A DNA stretch of 64,000 bases from Candidatus Latescibacterota bacterium (GTDB lineage Bacteria > Latescibacterota > UBA2968 > UBA8231), in contig OZ244561.1 of NCBI GenBank assembly GCA_965217585.1, positions 882,888 to 946,887 on the forward strand, given 5' to 3'. Position 1 is the stretch's first letter, and each line of letters opens with the position of its first letter. The translations under genes and the position numbers were made by a program. The notes beneath the pieces were generated by a model. The model was given only the letters and a program-made list of their open reading frames with translations, did no database searches and had not been told where the DNA came from. Below are positions 27,630 through 36,323 of this stretch, piece after piece.

Positions 27630-30020
27630 TTATTTTAACTTTTTGTTGTGGAGCAATATGGGATTGTCCCCACAAGTGTCAATGGACTTTTTTTGCGGCC
27701 ACTTGAGATGCCGTTCGAGGAAGCGGAAGGTTCCCTGGCCGTTGATGGTGTGTCCGCCGTCGAAGAATTCGATCTCCGTTCGGTCCCCTAGCCCCAACAA
27801 GACATAGTGCCTTCGCGTCCGGGCGTATTCGTAGGCCACCCACTCGTCTGGTGCCACTAAATCCCGATGGCCGCGTTCCACCATAAAGGGCCGGGGACAG
27901 ATCAGCCAGCTCATTTCCCCATAGTTGAAGGTATTCGCCAAGTCGAACTGGGGCATTTCGTGCTCTTCGCTGAACATGTAGGAATAAGGTTCCAGCGAGG
28001 CGGCCTTCCAAGCCCACTCATTGTAGTTGGCCGAGCAGATGGACAGGCAGTACTGCTCCAACAGCGCCGGCACCCGCATGGCGGTCATGCCGCCGTAACT
28101 TAGACCGTAGAAGGCCATGCGCTGGGGATCGACGAATGCCAGCGCAGCCAGCCACGCTAGCGCGCGCTCGTGTTGGCGCACGATAAATGAGAAAAGGGAC
28201 CTTTTCAGCGGATTGGCCATCCGCTCCAAGACGCGGAAAGCATTTTCGCCGACATAGGGATTCTGGGGGGCATAGGTGACGAAGCCGCGTTCGGTAAGTC
28301 GGCAGGCATACTGATTGTAACAAGGATCATTCACCTCGGGATCGGCCACATCCCGTGGCCGTCCTTCTAAGCCGTGCTGGCAGACTACGAGCGGGCGTTC
28401 TTCCCCTTCTTTTATGCTTTTGGGTACCAACAGAATGCCAGAGGCGAAAACATCCCGATACACATCCAATACCACCTCGTAACCCCGGTATTGTGCTTCG
28501 TCGTATATCTGGCGGGTGCGCGGTTTGAGCGCCATGCGCGGCTTGGGCAGACGGCCGATGATTTCATCCCAAAAATAACGGCGGTACCATCTGGCGGCCC
28601 GCTGCCAAGTCGCGGCATTGGCGGCCTGATCGCCGGGGCAAATCCGGGGCAGGTAGTCGTCTTGCCGCATTACTTTTTTTCCCGCGTCCAGACGGCGACT
28701 AGGATTGCGGACCCAGAACTCTTTGCGCCGGAACTGGGCGGCGGCGAGCAGGGCTTGGGTATGGTCCAGCAACTGGGCAAATTGGCGCTCTAGGCGGGCC
28801 TGCGGGTCGGGGGAGTGAAGCTGTGCCCTAGGTATGGGACCAACCCGGACCAGCCGGGATTTTATCCCCAGCCCCCGCAAAAATTCCTCTAAAACGGCCT
28901 GGCTGCCCGGCGGACCTTTAGGATTTTTGACTATGGTGTGCTGGGGGGCGGGGCGCAGGGGCGTTAGCAGTCGGCGAGCCCGTGCAAATTCTTCCTCGAC
29001 TTCCCCTACGGGCGGAGTGCGCAGAACGCCCGGGGTACCCCCCTGAGGTGGGGTCGAGCCGGGGGGCGGACCGTCGACCTCGGGATGCTGACAGGCCTCT
29101 ATACAGAGGGCCCGGGGTGCCACCAGAGTGGCCAGTTCCGCATCGCCGAATTCGTCCAATAGGCCAAAAACATTGCGGTATATGGGCTCGCGCCAGAGCG
29201 TCTCGCGTTTTTGGAAGTAACCACACACGGCCGTCGCATCAATTCGGGTATCGGCAGCGGCCCCGTACAATGCCAGCAGTGCGCCCTCTCCATAGCCGAT
29301 GACGCCGATGGGGCGTTTTGTTCCTTGCTGGAACCAATCGACGGCGGCCAGGATTTTCTGCACCTCGTAGCCGATGATATGCCGGCCCAGCTCGAAGGCC
29401 GCCCGATAGATAAATTCGCGGTGTGGCTGGTTGGTCATGGCCAACCAAGCTGCACCCGAATAGGTGGCGCGGCGGTCGATCAGCAACGGCACCAGCACGC
29501 GGCAGCCGCTTTCGGCCAAGCGCCGGGCAAACTGGGCGATCGCGGGCACCCCCGATTCCAGACCCACAAGCATTTCCGGAGTCCAGTCGCAGTCGGGCAG
29601 GGCCACCACATCTGCCCGGGGGCGCATATCCGGCTGGAGCAGCAGGCCCTCTGCCTCGACGCCTTTGATTACTGTCCAGCGCACCGCAAAAATCTGGTAC
29701 CCGCGACCTTGGGCCAGTTGAGCTTGCGGAGCGTTTCTCCCGGACACATCCGTCGCAACCTGGAGCTGGACCGCCGGGCGTTGATCTGCAAGACCAATGA
29801 TCTTCGAGAAGCGCTGGCGATTTTTTTCGATGGATTGGACGTAGTTTGCATGCGAGGAAAAATCGCGTTTCCAGTGCCGTGCCCGGCGGTCGATAGAGGC
29901 CTTTAGCTGGCGCTGGAGAAAGCGGTTGATTCCCTCTACCATCTGGTCGGCGAGATCTCCTTCCATTTCGAGGAGGGTCGTGCCAGCCAAGGGTTTGCCT
30001 GTAGGAGCAACTTTATTCAT
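27630..30020 (-). CDS. Tandem alpha/beta-hydrolase-fold protein (dienelactone hydrolase / acetyl-xylan-esterase-like), 796 aa
   Basis: The C-terminal half has the nucleophile elbow FYGLSYGGMTA and the HG oxyanion context VVCQHGLEG. The N-terminal half has the same layout but GVIGYGEGALLA, with no Ser. Confidence 0.7.
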   Translation of the reverse strand: MNKVAPTGKPLAGTTLLEMEGDLADQMVEGINRFLQRQLKASIDRRARHWKRDFSSHANYVQSIEKNRQRFSKIIGLADQRPAVQLQVATDVSGRNAPQAQLAQGRGYQIFAVRWTVIKGVEAEGLLLQPDMRPRADVVALPDCDWTPEMLVGLESGVPAIAQFARRLAESGCRVLVPLLIDRRATYSGAAWLAMTNQPHREFIYRAAFELGRHIIGYEVQKILAAVDWFQQGTKRPIGVIGYGEGALLALYGAAADTRIDATAVCGYFQKRETLWREPIYRNVFGLLDEFGDAELATLVAPRALCIEACQHPEVDGPPPGSTPPQGGTPGVLRTPPVGEVEEEFARARRLLTPLRPAPQHTIVKNPKGPPGSQAVLEEFLRGLGIKSRLVRVGPIPRAQLHSPDPQARLERQFAQLLDHTQALLAAAQFRRKEFWVRNPSRRLDAGKKVMRQDDYLPRICPGDQAANAATWQRAARWYRRYFWDEIIGRLPKPRMALKPRTRQIYDEAQYRGYEVVLDVYRDVFASGILLVPKSIKEGEERPLVVCQHGLEGRPRDVADPEVNDPCYNQYACRLTERGFVTYAPQNPYVGENAFRVLERMANPLKRSLFSFIVRQHERALAWLAALAFVDPQRMAFYGLSYGGMTAMRVPALLEQYCLSICSANYNEWAWKAASLEPYSYMFSEEHEMPQFDLANTFNYGEMSWLICPRPFMVERGHRDLVAPDEWVAYEYARTRRHYVLLGLGDRTEIEFFDGGHTINGQGTFRFLERHLKWPQKKSIDTCGDNPILLHNKKLK

Positions 30021-30155
30021 GGGGTTCCCTCCAGAAGCCGTCTTGTCGAAGTTTGCTAAATCCCATTCTGACTGGTTGTTGCTCGGAATTACGGATACAT
30101 TTTCATCCGAAAAAAGAATCGCTGGAATCCATCTCTACGGAAAGGGGTAACACCC

Positions 30156-31097
30156 ATGGAGAGAGCAGATTGCGAGTTTTTCAAAAACAACGGCTATCTG
30201 GTCCTCGGCAATGTCCTAAACGATGAGGAAGTGACCCGATGTCTCCAATTTTTCGACCACAACCGGAGCGAACACGCCTATCTGTGGCGCTACCTCGGAC
30301 ACGACACGCACCAGACCGGCAACACAGATTGCCTACAAAGCTGGTTCGAGGTGGATGAGATCGTCCGGCACCCCAAGATCCTGCCCATTGTGCGCGAGTT
30401 GATGGGAGGACCGCTCTGCCTGCTCGAAGTCAGCTCCCGTCACATGGACGTGCACCCCGGTGCCGTGAAGATCGCCCAGCAATGGCACCGGGACGTCCGC
30501 CATCTGGAGGGGCATCCGCTGCGCATGAACTATATCCAAGCGATGGTTTACCTGACCGACGTGAACGAAGAGACCCATTGTTTTACCATTTCACCCGAAT
30601 CGGTTGAAGACCCTATTCTGGAGAGAGACGCGCAACTGGAAAAGGGCGGCATCGAGTACCTCTACGGTCCGGCCGGAACGGTTATCTTTTTTAACGCCTC
30701 GGTGCTACATACGGCCACCGTGCGAACCACTGACTGCGAACGCAAGACAGTGCAAATATACTACTGCCATCGGGACAAAAGTCTAGGCAGCCTCGACATG
30801 GTGATCCCCGCCCGGCTATGGCGTGACCATCCCGATCCGGCAGCCAGGGAGTTCTACGGCCCTCAGGGCAAAGCGGCACCTCCGACTCAATACCGAGAGC
30901 TGACGAGTGGTCATATCGACATCAATTTTTTACCCGATTCCCACATCTCCCGGACCCAAGACAGGTGTCCATGGAACGAAGCCGACGGCACGGACGAGCA
31001 CCAATGCATAAGCACAAATCAGGTCATTTGCCAGTACTTCCACGGCATTAGAAGGCCGAATATTGTGCAGTGCAGCTATCCCGAAAAGAAGGCCTGA
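30156..31097 (+). CDS. Phytanoyl-CoA dioxygenase (PhyH) family Fe(II)/2-oxoglutarate oxygenase
   Basis: 313 aa. FFKNNGYLVLGNVL...QQWHRDV...GTVIFFNASVLHTA are the PhyH family blocks. Confidence 0.8.
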   Translation: MERADCEFFKNNGYLVLGNVLNDEEVTRCLQFFDHNRSEHAYLWRYLGHDTHQTGNTDCLQSWFEVDEIVRHPKILPIVRELMGGPLCLLEVSSRHMDVHPGAVKIAQQWHRDVRHLEGHPLRMNYIQAMVYLTDVNEETHCFTISPESVEDPILERDAQLEKGGIEYLYGPAGTVIFFNASVLHTATVRTTDCERKTVQIYYCHRDKSLGSLDMVIPARLWRDHPDPAAREFYGPQGKAAPPTQYRELTSGHIDINFLPDSHISRTQDRCPWNEADGTDEHQCISTNQVICQYFHGIRRPNIVQCSYPEKKA

Positions 31098-31098
31098 T

Positions 31099-32082
31099 TT
31101 AGGACTCCTCCACCGCCTGCAAGGCCGCGTGGATATAGCCGAAGGTATAGGCAAAGCCGACTTTGCCAGGTTCAGGGCCACTGATTCCGGGGACGTGGTC
31201 CGGCATAATCATGTACTCGTAGCCGACCTCCTTATACACCTTTAGCGCCCGAATCATGTTGATGTCGCCTTCGTCGGGAAAGACCTCGACGAAGTTCCCC
31301 AAGCCCCCTTTGATGTTGCGGAAGTGGACGTTGAAGATCTTCTTGCGCTCGCCGAAGTAGCGAATGACATCGAAGATCTCCGCCGCCGGATTGACCAGCG
31401 CCTCGGACATGCAGCCCTGGCAGAAATTCAGCCCATTGTACGGACTGTCGTAGAGCGCGATCAGCTTTTTAAACCCTTCGACCATTCCCAAGGGGCGCGC
31501 CACGCCTCGATACGTATTGCCAACGCCAATACCCGGATCGGACGGATGGCAGGCCATCTGGACCTTGTATTCTTCGGCCACGGGTATGATCTCCTGCAGC
31601 CAGTGGTCAATGCGCGCCCACATTTCGTCTTCGTCGGCCGGCCCGTCTTCGAACTCGCCCAGCGACTGGTCCAATTTGTCCAACTCAAAGGTCGATACCC
31701 TGGCCCCTCCGCGCCCCGTCTTCGAGGGCGTCCGCAAGTGGCCCAAGATGGTGATGTTGTAGTTGAGGCCGCGGATGCCAGCCTCGCCCGCCATCCGCAC
31801 CGTTTCTTTCATCCAGTCGAACTGGCGGTCGCGCTCGTCGCTCGGTTTGAGAAAAATCGCCCCGGCCTCGTTGTCGTAGGCGCTGCGCGAGCCTAGGGGA
31901 ATGTGGATCATCTCCAGGCTGATGCCGTGTTTGGCCCATCGCTCCTTCATCTGCAGCAGCATCTCCGTGCTCCATTCCCGCCACGGCGCGGCAGGCGTCT
32001 GATCGACGTTTTTGATGCCGAGTTGCGACAAGACCTTCATTTCTTCGTCGGTCTGTTCCCCGAATTGCGATCCGATGTACAT
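31099..32082 (-). CDS. Mannonate dehydratase (UxuA)-like TIM-barrel protein
   Basis: 327 aa. MACHPSDPG (compare UxuA HPDDPP), LNFCQGCMSE, IFNVHFRNIKG (compare UxuA HFAHLRNV). Confidence 0.7.
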   Translation of the reverse strand: MYIGSQFGEQTDEEMKVLSQLGIKNVDQTPAAPWREWSTEMLLQMKERWAKHGISLEMIHIPLGSRSAYDNEAGAIFLKPSDERDRQFDWMKETVRMAGEAGIRGLNYNITILGHLRTPSKTGRGGARVSTFELDKLDQSLGEFEDGPADEDEMWARIDHWLQEIIPVAEEYKVQMACHPSDPGIGVGNTYRGVARPLGMVEGFKKLIALYDSPYNGLNFCQGCMSEALVNPAAEIFDVIRYFGERKKIFNVHFRNIKGGLGNFVEVFPDEGDINMIRALKVYKEVGYEYMIMPDHVPGISGPEPGKVGFAYTFGYIHAALQAVEES

Positions 32083-32151
32083 AATATCCTCCGAGTGGTC
32101 GGTTTAGAATGGACGATTAACGTAAAGCCGTTGCAGTAGTGCGGCCACAGC

Positions 32152-32889
32152 CTAGCTCGGCGCATCCGCCTGGAAAAGCGTAACCCCCATCTCCAGATAC
32201 TTGTCGCGTTCTGCGGGCGTAGTGCCCGTTCCCATGGCGATACGAATGCCGCTACCAGCCAATTGGGCAGCGACATTGCGCATACAGTCATCGACCGTGC
32301 GCAGCGGATAATCCGGGTGATTCTCCAAGCTGAAGGAAAGGTCGTTGGGTCCAAAAGTGACCACGCTCACTCCCGGTTTGGCTAATCTTCGAATATTGGT
32401 CACCGCTTCGACGGATTCTACTTGGATCGCCAAAATCACGTAGTCATTCCACCACGCCGCATAGGCTAGTCGGTCGATCCCTTGAGTTACGCCGCGCAGG
32501 CCACGGCGATTTGCACCACCCCAACTGCGCCGGCCGATGGGACCGTAATAGGCGTAGGCAATGGCGTCGTCTACGGTCTCGGGCTCCATGACCTCGGGGA
32601 TCAAGACCGCGCTGAGACCCAAGTCGAGATAGCGCCCGACCATATAGGCATGCCGGGTGTGCGGAATGCGCAACTGCACGTCGATATCCAACTCTTCGGC
32701 TGCCCGGCAGTAGGCGACCAATTGCTCTTCGCTGAAGGGGGTGTGCTGGCTGTCGATCCAGATATAGTCGAACTCGCCGGTTGACCATATATCGGCCAAT
32801 TCCTCCTTGGTAGTGGTCAGCGAGCCGCGCAGGGCGACTAGCACTTCGCCGTCTTGCATGCGTTGTCTAAGCGTTTTTTTATCCGACAT
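32152..32889 (-). CDS. HpcH/HpaI-family aldolase
   Basis: GEFDYIWIDSQHTPFSEEQL, LIPEVMEPETV, ILAIQVESVEAV, VTFGPNDLS. The start is set at ATG 32889 (MSDKKTL), with AGGAG 7 nt upstream. Confidence 0.8.
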   Translation of the reverse strand: MSDKKTLRQRMQDGEVLVALRGSLTTTKEELADIWSTGEFDYIWIDSQHTPFSEEQLVAYCRAAEELDIDVQLRIPHTRHAYMVGRYLDLGLSAVLIPEVMEPETVDDAIAYAYYGPIGRRSWGGANRRGLRGVTQGIDRLAYAAWWNDYVILAIQVESVEAVTNIRRLAKPGVSVVTFGPNDLSFSLENHPDYPLRTVDDCMRNVAAQLAGSGIRIAMGTGTTPAERDKYLEMGVTLFQADAPS

Positions 32890-32995
32890 AATGCACTCCT
32901 GTATTGGGCTAAGAGATTCTAACAAAACCTGCTAGGCGATCCTCGGAACGCGGGCGTCCCGCCCACTCATGTCATTCCCGCGAAAGCGGGAATCC

Positions 32996-33016
32996 AGTTT
33001 TGTTAGGGCCTCTTAG
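32996..33016. repeat. 21-bp repeat agttttgttagggcctcttag, copy 2
   Basis: Identical to 5331-5351 and in the same orientation. It is preceded by the GC-rich hairpins gggcg-tcc-cgccc (32952-32964) and attcccgc-gaaa-gcgggaat (32974-32993). Confidence 0.9.
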
Positions 33017-33039
33017 TCTAATTGAATAGGAAGGACCCC

Positions 33040-34983
33040 ATGATTAGATTGGATAAAACTAAACAGGAAGGTGAAAAAATCGACATGAACGCGAAAGAAC
33101 TTTCTTCTGCCCCGGCCCAACTAGCCTATAGCGAGCCAGAACAACTAGTACAGGACTTCGCCAGCCGAGGGCTGGTCGTCCTGTCTCCAGAAAGCCTAGG
33201 CATTCCACCCGAAGTCCACGAGCGGATCTACCAGCGCGAAAAGCAGGCCGTCGGCACTGGCGAACGCGTCACGCCCGAACTCATTCCAGACGTGCTCGAA
33301 GTAATCAACGCCCCCGGCGTCGTCGCGGCCTGCAACCAACTGGTCGGCGAGAATTGGGCCATCGTGCCGTTCACTCACAATGCAACCTTCTCCAGCGGCG
33401 GCCGCGACCAGCACTGGCACAAGGACGACAACGGCCCGTTCAATAGCCGCAAACAGCGCCACCACCAAGCCGTGCAAATCGAAATGCTGTACTATCCGCA
33501 GGCGGTGCGCGAGGACATGGGGCCAACGGCGACCGTGCCCTACTCGCACTACTGGACCTTCAACCACGAAGAAAACCACGACAATTTCGCCGGGGCCGAT
33601 CACCTCGATTTCGCCTACCACCTCAGCGGCATGGAGGGCCAGCTAGTCAGCGGCCCCGACTCGCAATACGACCCCAGCGATATTGTCCATCGCCGCACCG
33701 CGCACGACGTGCGCCTGCGGGAGGCAGTCACCAACCTAAAGTGGCCGCTGGTGCAGCCTTTTGAAGCGGCCCCGCTGCGCGCCGGCAGCGTCGTGTTGTA
33801 CTCGCACAATACCTTCCACCGAGGCAACCACCGCCGCGACGATTGGCGCACTTGGGAAGATAACCCGCGCTTTATGTGGCGCTTCTGGATCTATCGCACC
33901 ACGGACCCTGCCGGCAGCAATGGCCAGCCAGCCGAAGTGCAGTGGAACGGGCTTGGCGTGGACCCGCTGACCCGCATCGATCGCTCCGCCGCCAACGACG
34001 ACGTCACCTCGGTTTGGCGCTATCACCACCACTGGATCCACACGGGCCAAACGCCACCGCCGCGACCCGAGGCCGCCGCCCTATCGTTTGCGGAGCGGGA
34101 AGCGGAGGCCCGCCGCTTATTTGCACAGCTCCTCGCCAAAGGCGAAGAGGCCGAGCCAGCGCGCATTGGCGCAGCGTACAAACTAGCTTCCATCGGCGAC
34201 CCGGCGCTGGCCGTGCGGCTACTCAGGCGCGCTCTGTACAACGACCGGGAGAGTGTGCGGCGGGCCGCTACCTATGGCCTAATTGCCGTTGGCGCGGAGG
34301 CTACCGACACCTTGCTTGCAGCGGCGAATGCACCCATCAAATGGGTCCGCAAGGCTGGCGTGTACGGCTTGGGGGATGCCAGCCCCCTCAACAACGTGGT
34401 TTTGCAGATGGTGGCGAAGCGCCTGCGCGAAGATCCGTCGGTATATGTCCGGGCCGTCGCCGCTGGTACCCTCGGCTGTCTCGGCCGCCGCGCAGCCGCC
34501 ACCGGGATCGGCCAAGCACTGATTCCCACCTGCCTCGAAGCACTGGTGCAGAGTCTGGGTCGCGAAGAAAACCGGCTGGCCATGGACCGGGCGCAAGGAC
34601 GGAGCATAAAGTTCGTGCGGCCCACCGATGAGTGCGATGTCTGCGAGGGTGGCGGCGTCGATTTTGGCCTTGAGCGGTTCAAGCCGGTGCGCTCGGCCGT
34701 GCGCGAGAATGCGCTGTGGTCCATGGTCATCCTCTGTTCCCACGGCACCGCAATTATCGGCCCGGTGCTAGAGCCGACCACACGAACCTTGCAAGAAGTC
34801 ATCCGCAGCGACGAAAACGCCATCTGCGTTGGCTTTGCCATGGATGCGCTGAGCCGCTTGGCCCATTTGCGTCCCCAAGGCGAAACCGCGAGCGACCTAC
34901 AGGCGGAGGTCTCGGCGTTACTCGCAGAATCGCCCATGCGGTGTTGGGAATCCCTAGGCCGCTGTGGCCTCCGCCCCACATAG
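33040..34983 (+). CDS. PhyH-like dioxygenase domain fused to C-terminal HEAT repeats
   Basis: The N-terminal ~330 aa have FASRGLVVL...DQHWHKDDN...GSVVLYSHNTFHRGNHR (PhyH-like). The C-terminal half has HEAT/PBS-like units (DRESVRRAATYGLIAVG, KWVRKAGVYGLGD, DPSVYVRAVAAGTLGCLG). The ATG at 33040 is preceded by AGGAAGGA. Confidence 0.7.
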   Translation: MIRLDKTKQEGEKIDMNAKELSSAPAQLAYSEPEQLVQDFASRGLVVLSPESLGIPPEVHERIYQREKQAVGTGERVTPELIPDVLEVINAPGVVAACNQLVGENWAIVPFTHNATFSSGGRDQHWHKDDNGPFNSRKQRHHQAVQIEMLYYPQAVREDMGPTATVPYSHYWTFNHEENHDNFAGADHLDFAYHLSGMEGQLVSGPDSQYDPSDIVHRRTAHDVRLREAVTNLKWPLVQPFEAAPLRAGSVVLYSHNTFHRGNHRRDDWRTWEDNPRFMWRFWIYRTTDPAGSNGQPAEVQWNGLGVDPLTRIDRSAANDDVTSVWRYHHHWIHTGQTPPPRPEAAALSFAEREAEARRLFAQLLAKGEEAEPARIGAAYKLASIGDPALAVRLLRRALYNDRESVRRAATYGLIAVGAEATDTLLAAANAPIKWVRKAGVYGLGDASPLNNVVLQMVAKRLREDPSVYVRAVAAGTLGCLGRRAAATGIGQALIPTCLEALVQSLGREENRLAMDRAQGRSIKFVRPTDECDVCEGGGVDFGLERFKPVRSAVRENALWSMVILCSHGTAIIGPVLEPTTRTLQEVIRSDENAICVGFAMDALSRLAHLRPQGETASDLQAEVSALLAESPMRCWESLGRCGLRPT

Positions 34984-35107
34984 CGCGATCTGCCGAACAG
35001 TGGGCCAAACAAGAGCTAGCTAGTGTGCGTGAAATTATAGCTAAGCGACGGCCCTCTCCATATTACTGCCAATACCGACAATCACTACCTGAAAGAGAGT
35101 CCGTACA

Positions 35108-35401
35108 ATGGCCGCGATCCTCAAACTTCAAGACGCCAGTAGCACGTGGCGTCAATTCATAACGAGCCTACGTACCAAGCCTCAGAAAGCCATCATACAA
35201 GACGAGCAGAACCGAAACTTGGGTGTGGTGTTGTCAATGGAAGAATACCTCCTATACGAGCAGGAGTGGGAAAAAGACTTTGCGGTAGTCGATCGCATCC
35301 AAGAGAAAATGAAGGGTTACAATTCTGCGTACGTCGAGAAACAGATCGAGAAAGCCGTAGCTGAAGTAAAGGCCGCCTCAAATCCCGCTAAGCCTCTTTA
35401 G
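35108..35401 (+). CDS. Type II antitoxin-like protein (Phd/YefM-like)
   Basis: 97 aa. QFITSLRTKPQKAIIQDEQNRNLGVVLSMEEYLLYEQ resembles the Phd/YefM N-domain. It lies 3 nt upstream of a PIN-toxin remnant. Confidence 0.55.
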   Translation: MAAILKLQDASSTWRQFITSLRTKPQKAIIQDEQNRNLGVVLSMEEYLLYEQEWEKDFAVVDRIQEKMKGYNSAYVEKQIEKAVAEVKAASNPAKPL

Positions 35402-35404
35402 ACG

Positions 35405-35625
35405 ATGCTGTGCGTTGTACCGGATGTCAACGTACTGGTCAGCTCGATATTACTCCCTCTGGTACACCGGGCCGTATTTATGCAGCTTGGAGACGGCGGG
35501 AACTCGTATTCATCACTTCACCAGCTATCATTGACAAGACTGTCGAGGTCTTGCGCCGCCCTCACATTATAGACGAGTTTCCAATTGACGAAGCCGATAT
35601 CCAAGGTTGGTCGGTATTCAGATAA
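35405..35625 (+). pseudogene. PIN-domain toxin (VapC-like), frameshifted and truncated
   Basis: Frame 1 from ATG 35405 reads MLCVVPDVNVLVSSILLP and then stops soon after. The +1 frame continues TPSGTPGRIYAAWRRRELVFITSPAIIDKTVEVLRRP, which is the expected continuation of a PIN N-terminus. About 73 codons in total, against the ~135 I would expect for this PIN type. Confidence 0.65.
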
Positions 35626-35798
35626 CCAGCCTGATCGCCCTAGGCAGCCTGCTGTTCAGCATCCTCAGCAAGCTACCCGGATAATCGCACCCGCGCCGCG
35701 GCTTTTGCGCCCTGTGCCTTCTCGACTGTTGCTGGCCGCCTGTCACGGCGATCGCGGCCGCTGAAAGTCAAAGTAACCCACTGCCCGAGGGATTCACC

Positions 35799-36323
35799 AT
35801 GCACAAAGTAACCGTAGCCCTTGCCGCTTTCGCCGTTTTCTTGGGCTGTGACGTAGGCAGTCCCACTTCGCCTAGCGCAGCCAAGCGTACCGAGGCTGCG
35901 GCCGAACAATGCCCGATGCCGATTTTGGGCATTGCGGGAACATAGGCGGGGTATAGCTCGTCTCGTGTTGATTGTCCAGCCTGTGATGGGTGGAGTAGCT
36001 GGGAGGACATTTGGACCGCGGACACGTTGCGGATAGAGCTTGCTCCCGATCCGAATCCAACGGGCGAACCGGGCGTAACGTATTACGACTACACGCTGCT
36101 TTCGTATTATTTCCCATCTGATCGGTATGATCCAGCACTTGCCGACTTGGGCTTGCCCAGCCTTTATAGCGAGCAACGAGGTAAAATGGGCTGTACTATG
36201 CGGACGGTGGTAAGTGGGCGTTCAACCCTCGATCCAGCCTCCGCCCTGCCACCGAGGTGCGCCCCAGTCCCCACGCCCGCGCCCGCTAGCCGTTCCCGCG
36301 CGAATTCATCCCCACTCCTTTGA
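35799..36323 (+). pseudogene. Possible disrupted lipoprotein gene
   Basis: ATG 35799 gives MHKVTVALAAFAVFLGCDVGSP (signal peptide plus lipobox) and stops after 48 codons. Another frame continues open (GYSSSRVDCPACDGWSSWEDIWTADTLRIELAPDPNPTGEPGVTYYDY...) to 36323. Confidence 0.35.

Noticed and set aside
34272-35012. 246-aa antisense ORF inside the PhyH-HEAT gene, together with many similar 60-250-aa ORFs across the window (for example 1044-1481, 6428-6880, 14018-14515, 40318-41010)
   Set aside because: They lie antisense or off-frame within long ORFs that carry clear family motifs. Their skewed R/P/G/A composition fits high-GC artefacts.
35673-36176. 167-aa minus-strand ORF in the decay patch
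   Set aside because: It has no motifs, no RBS and an odd composition. The plus strand here carries a lipobox signal peptide and a longer coherent frame, so the minus-strand ORF is probably spurious.
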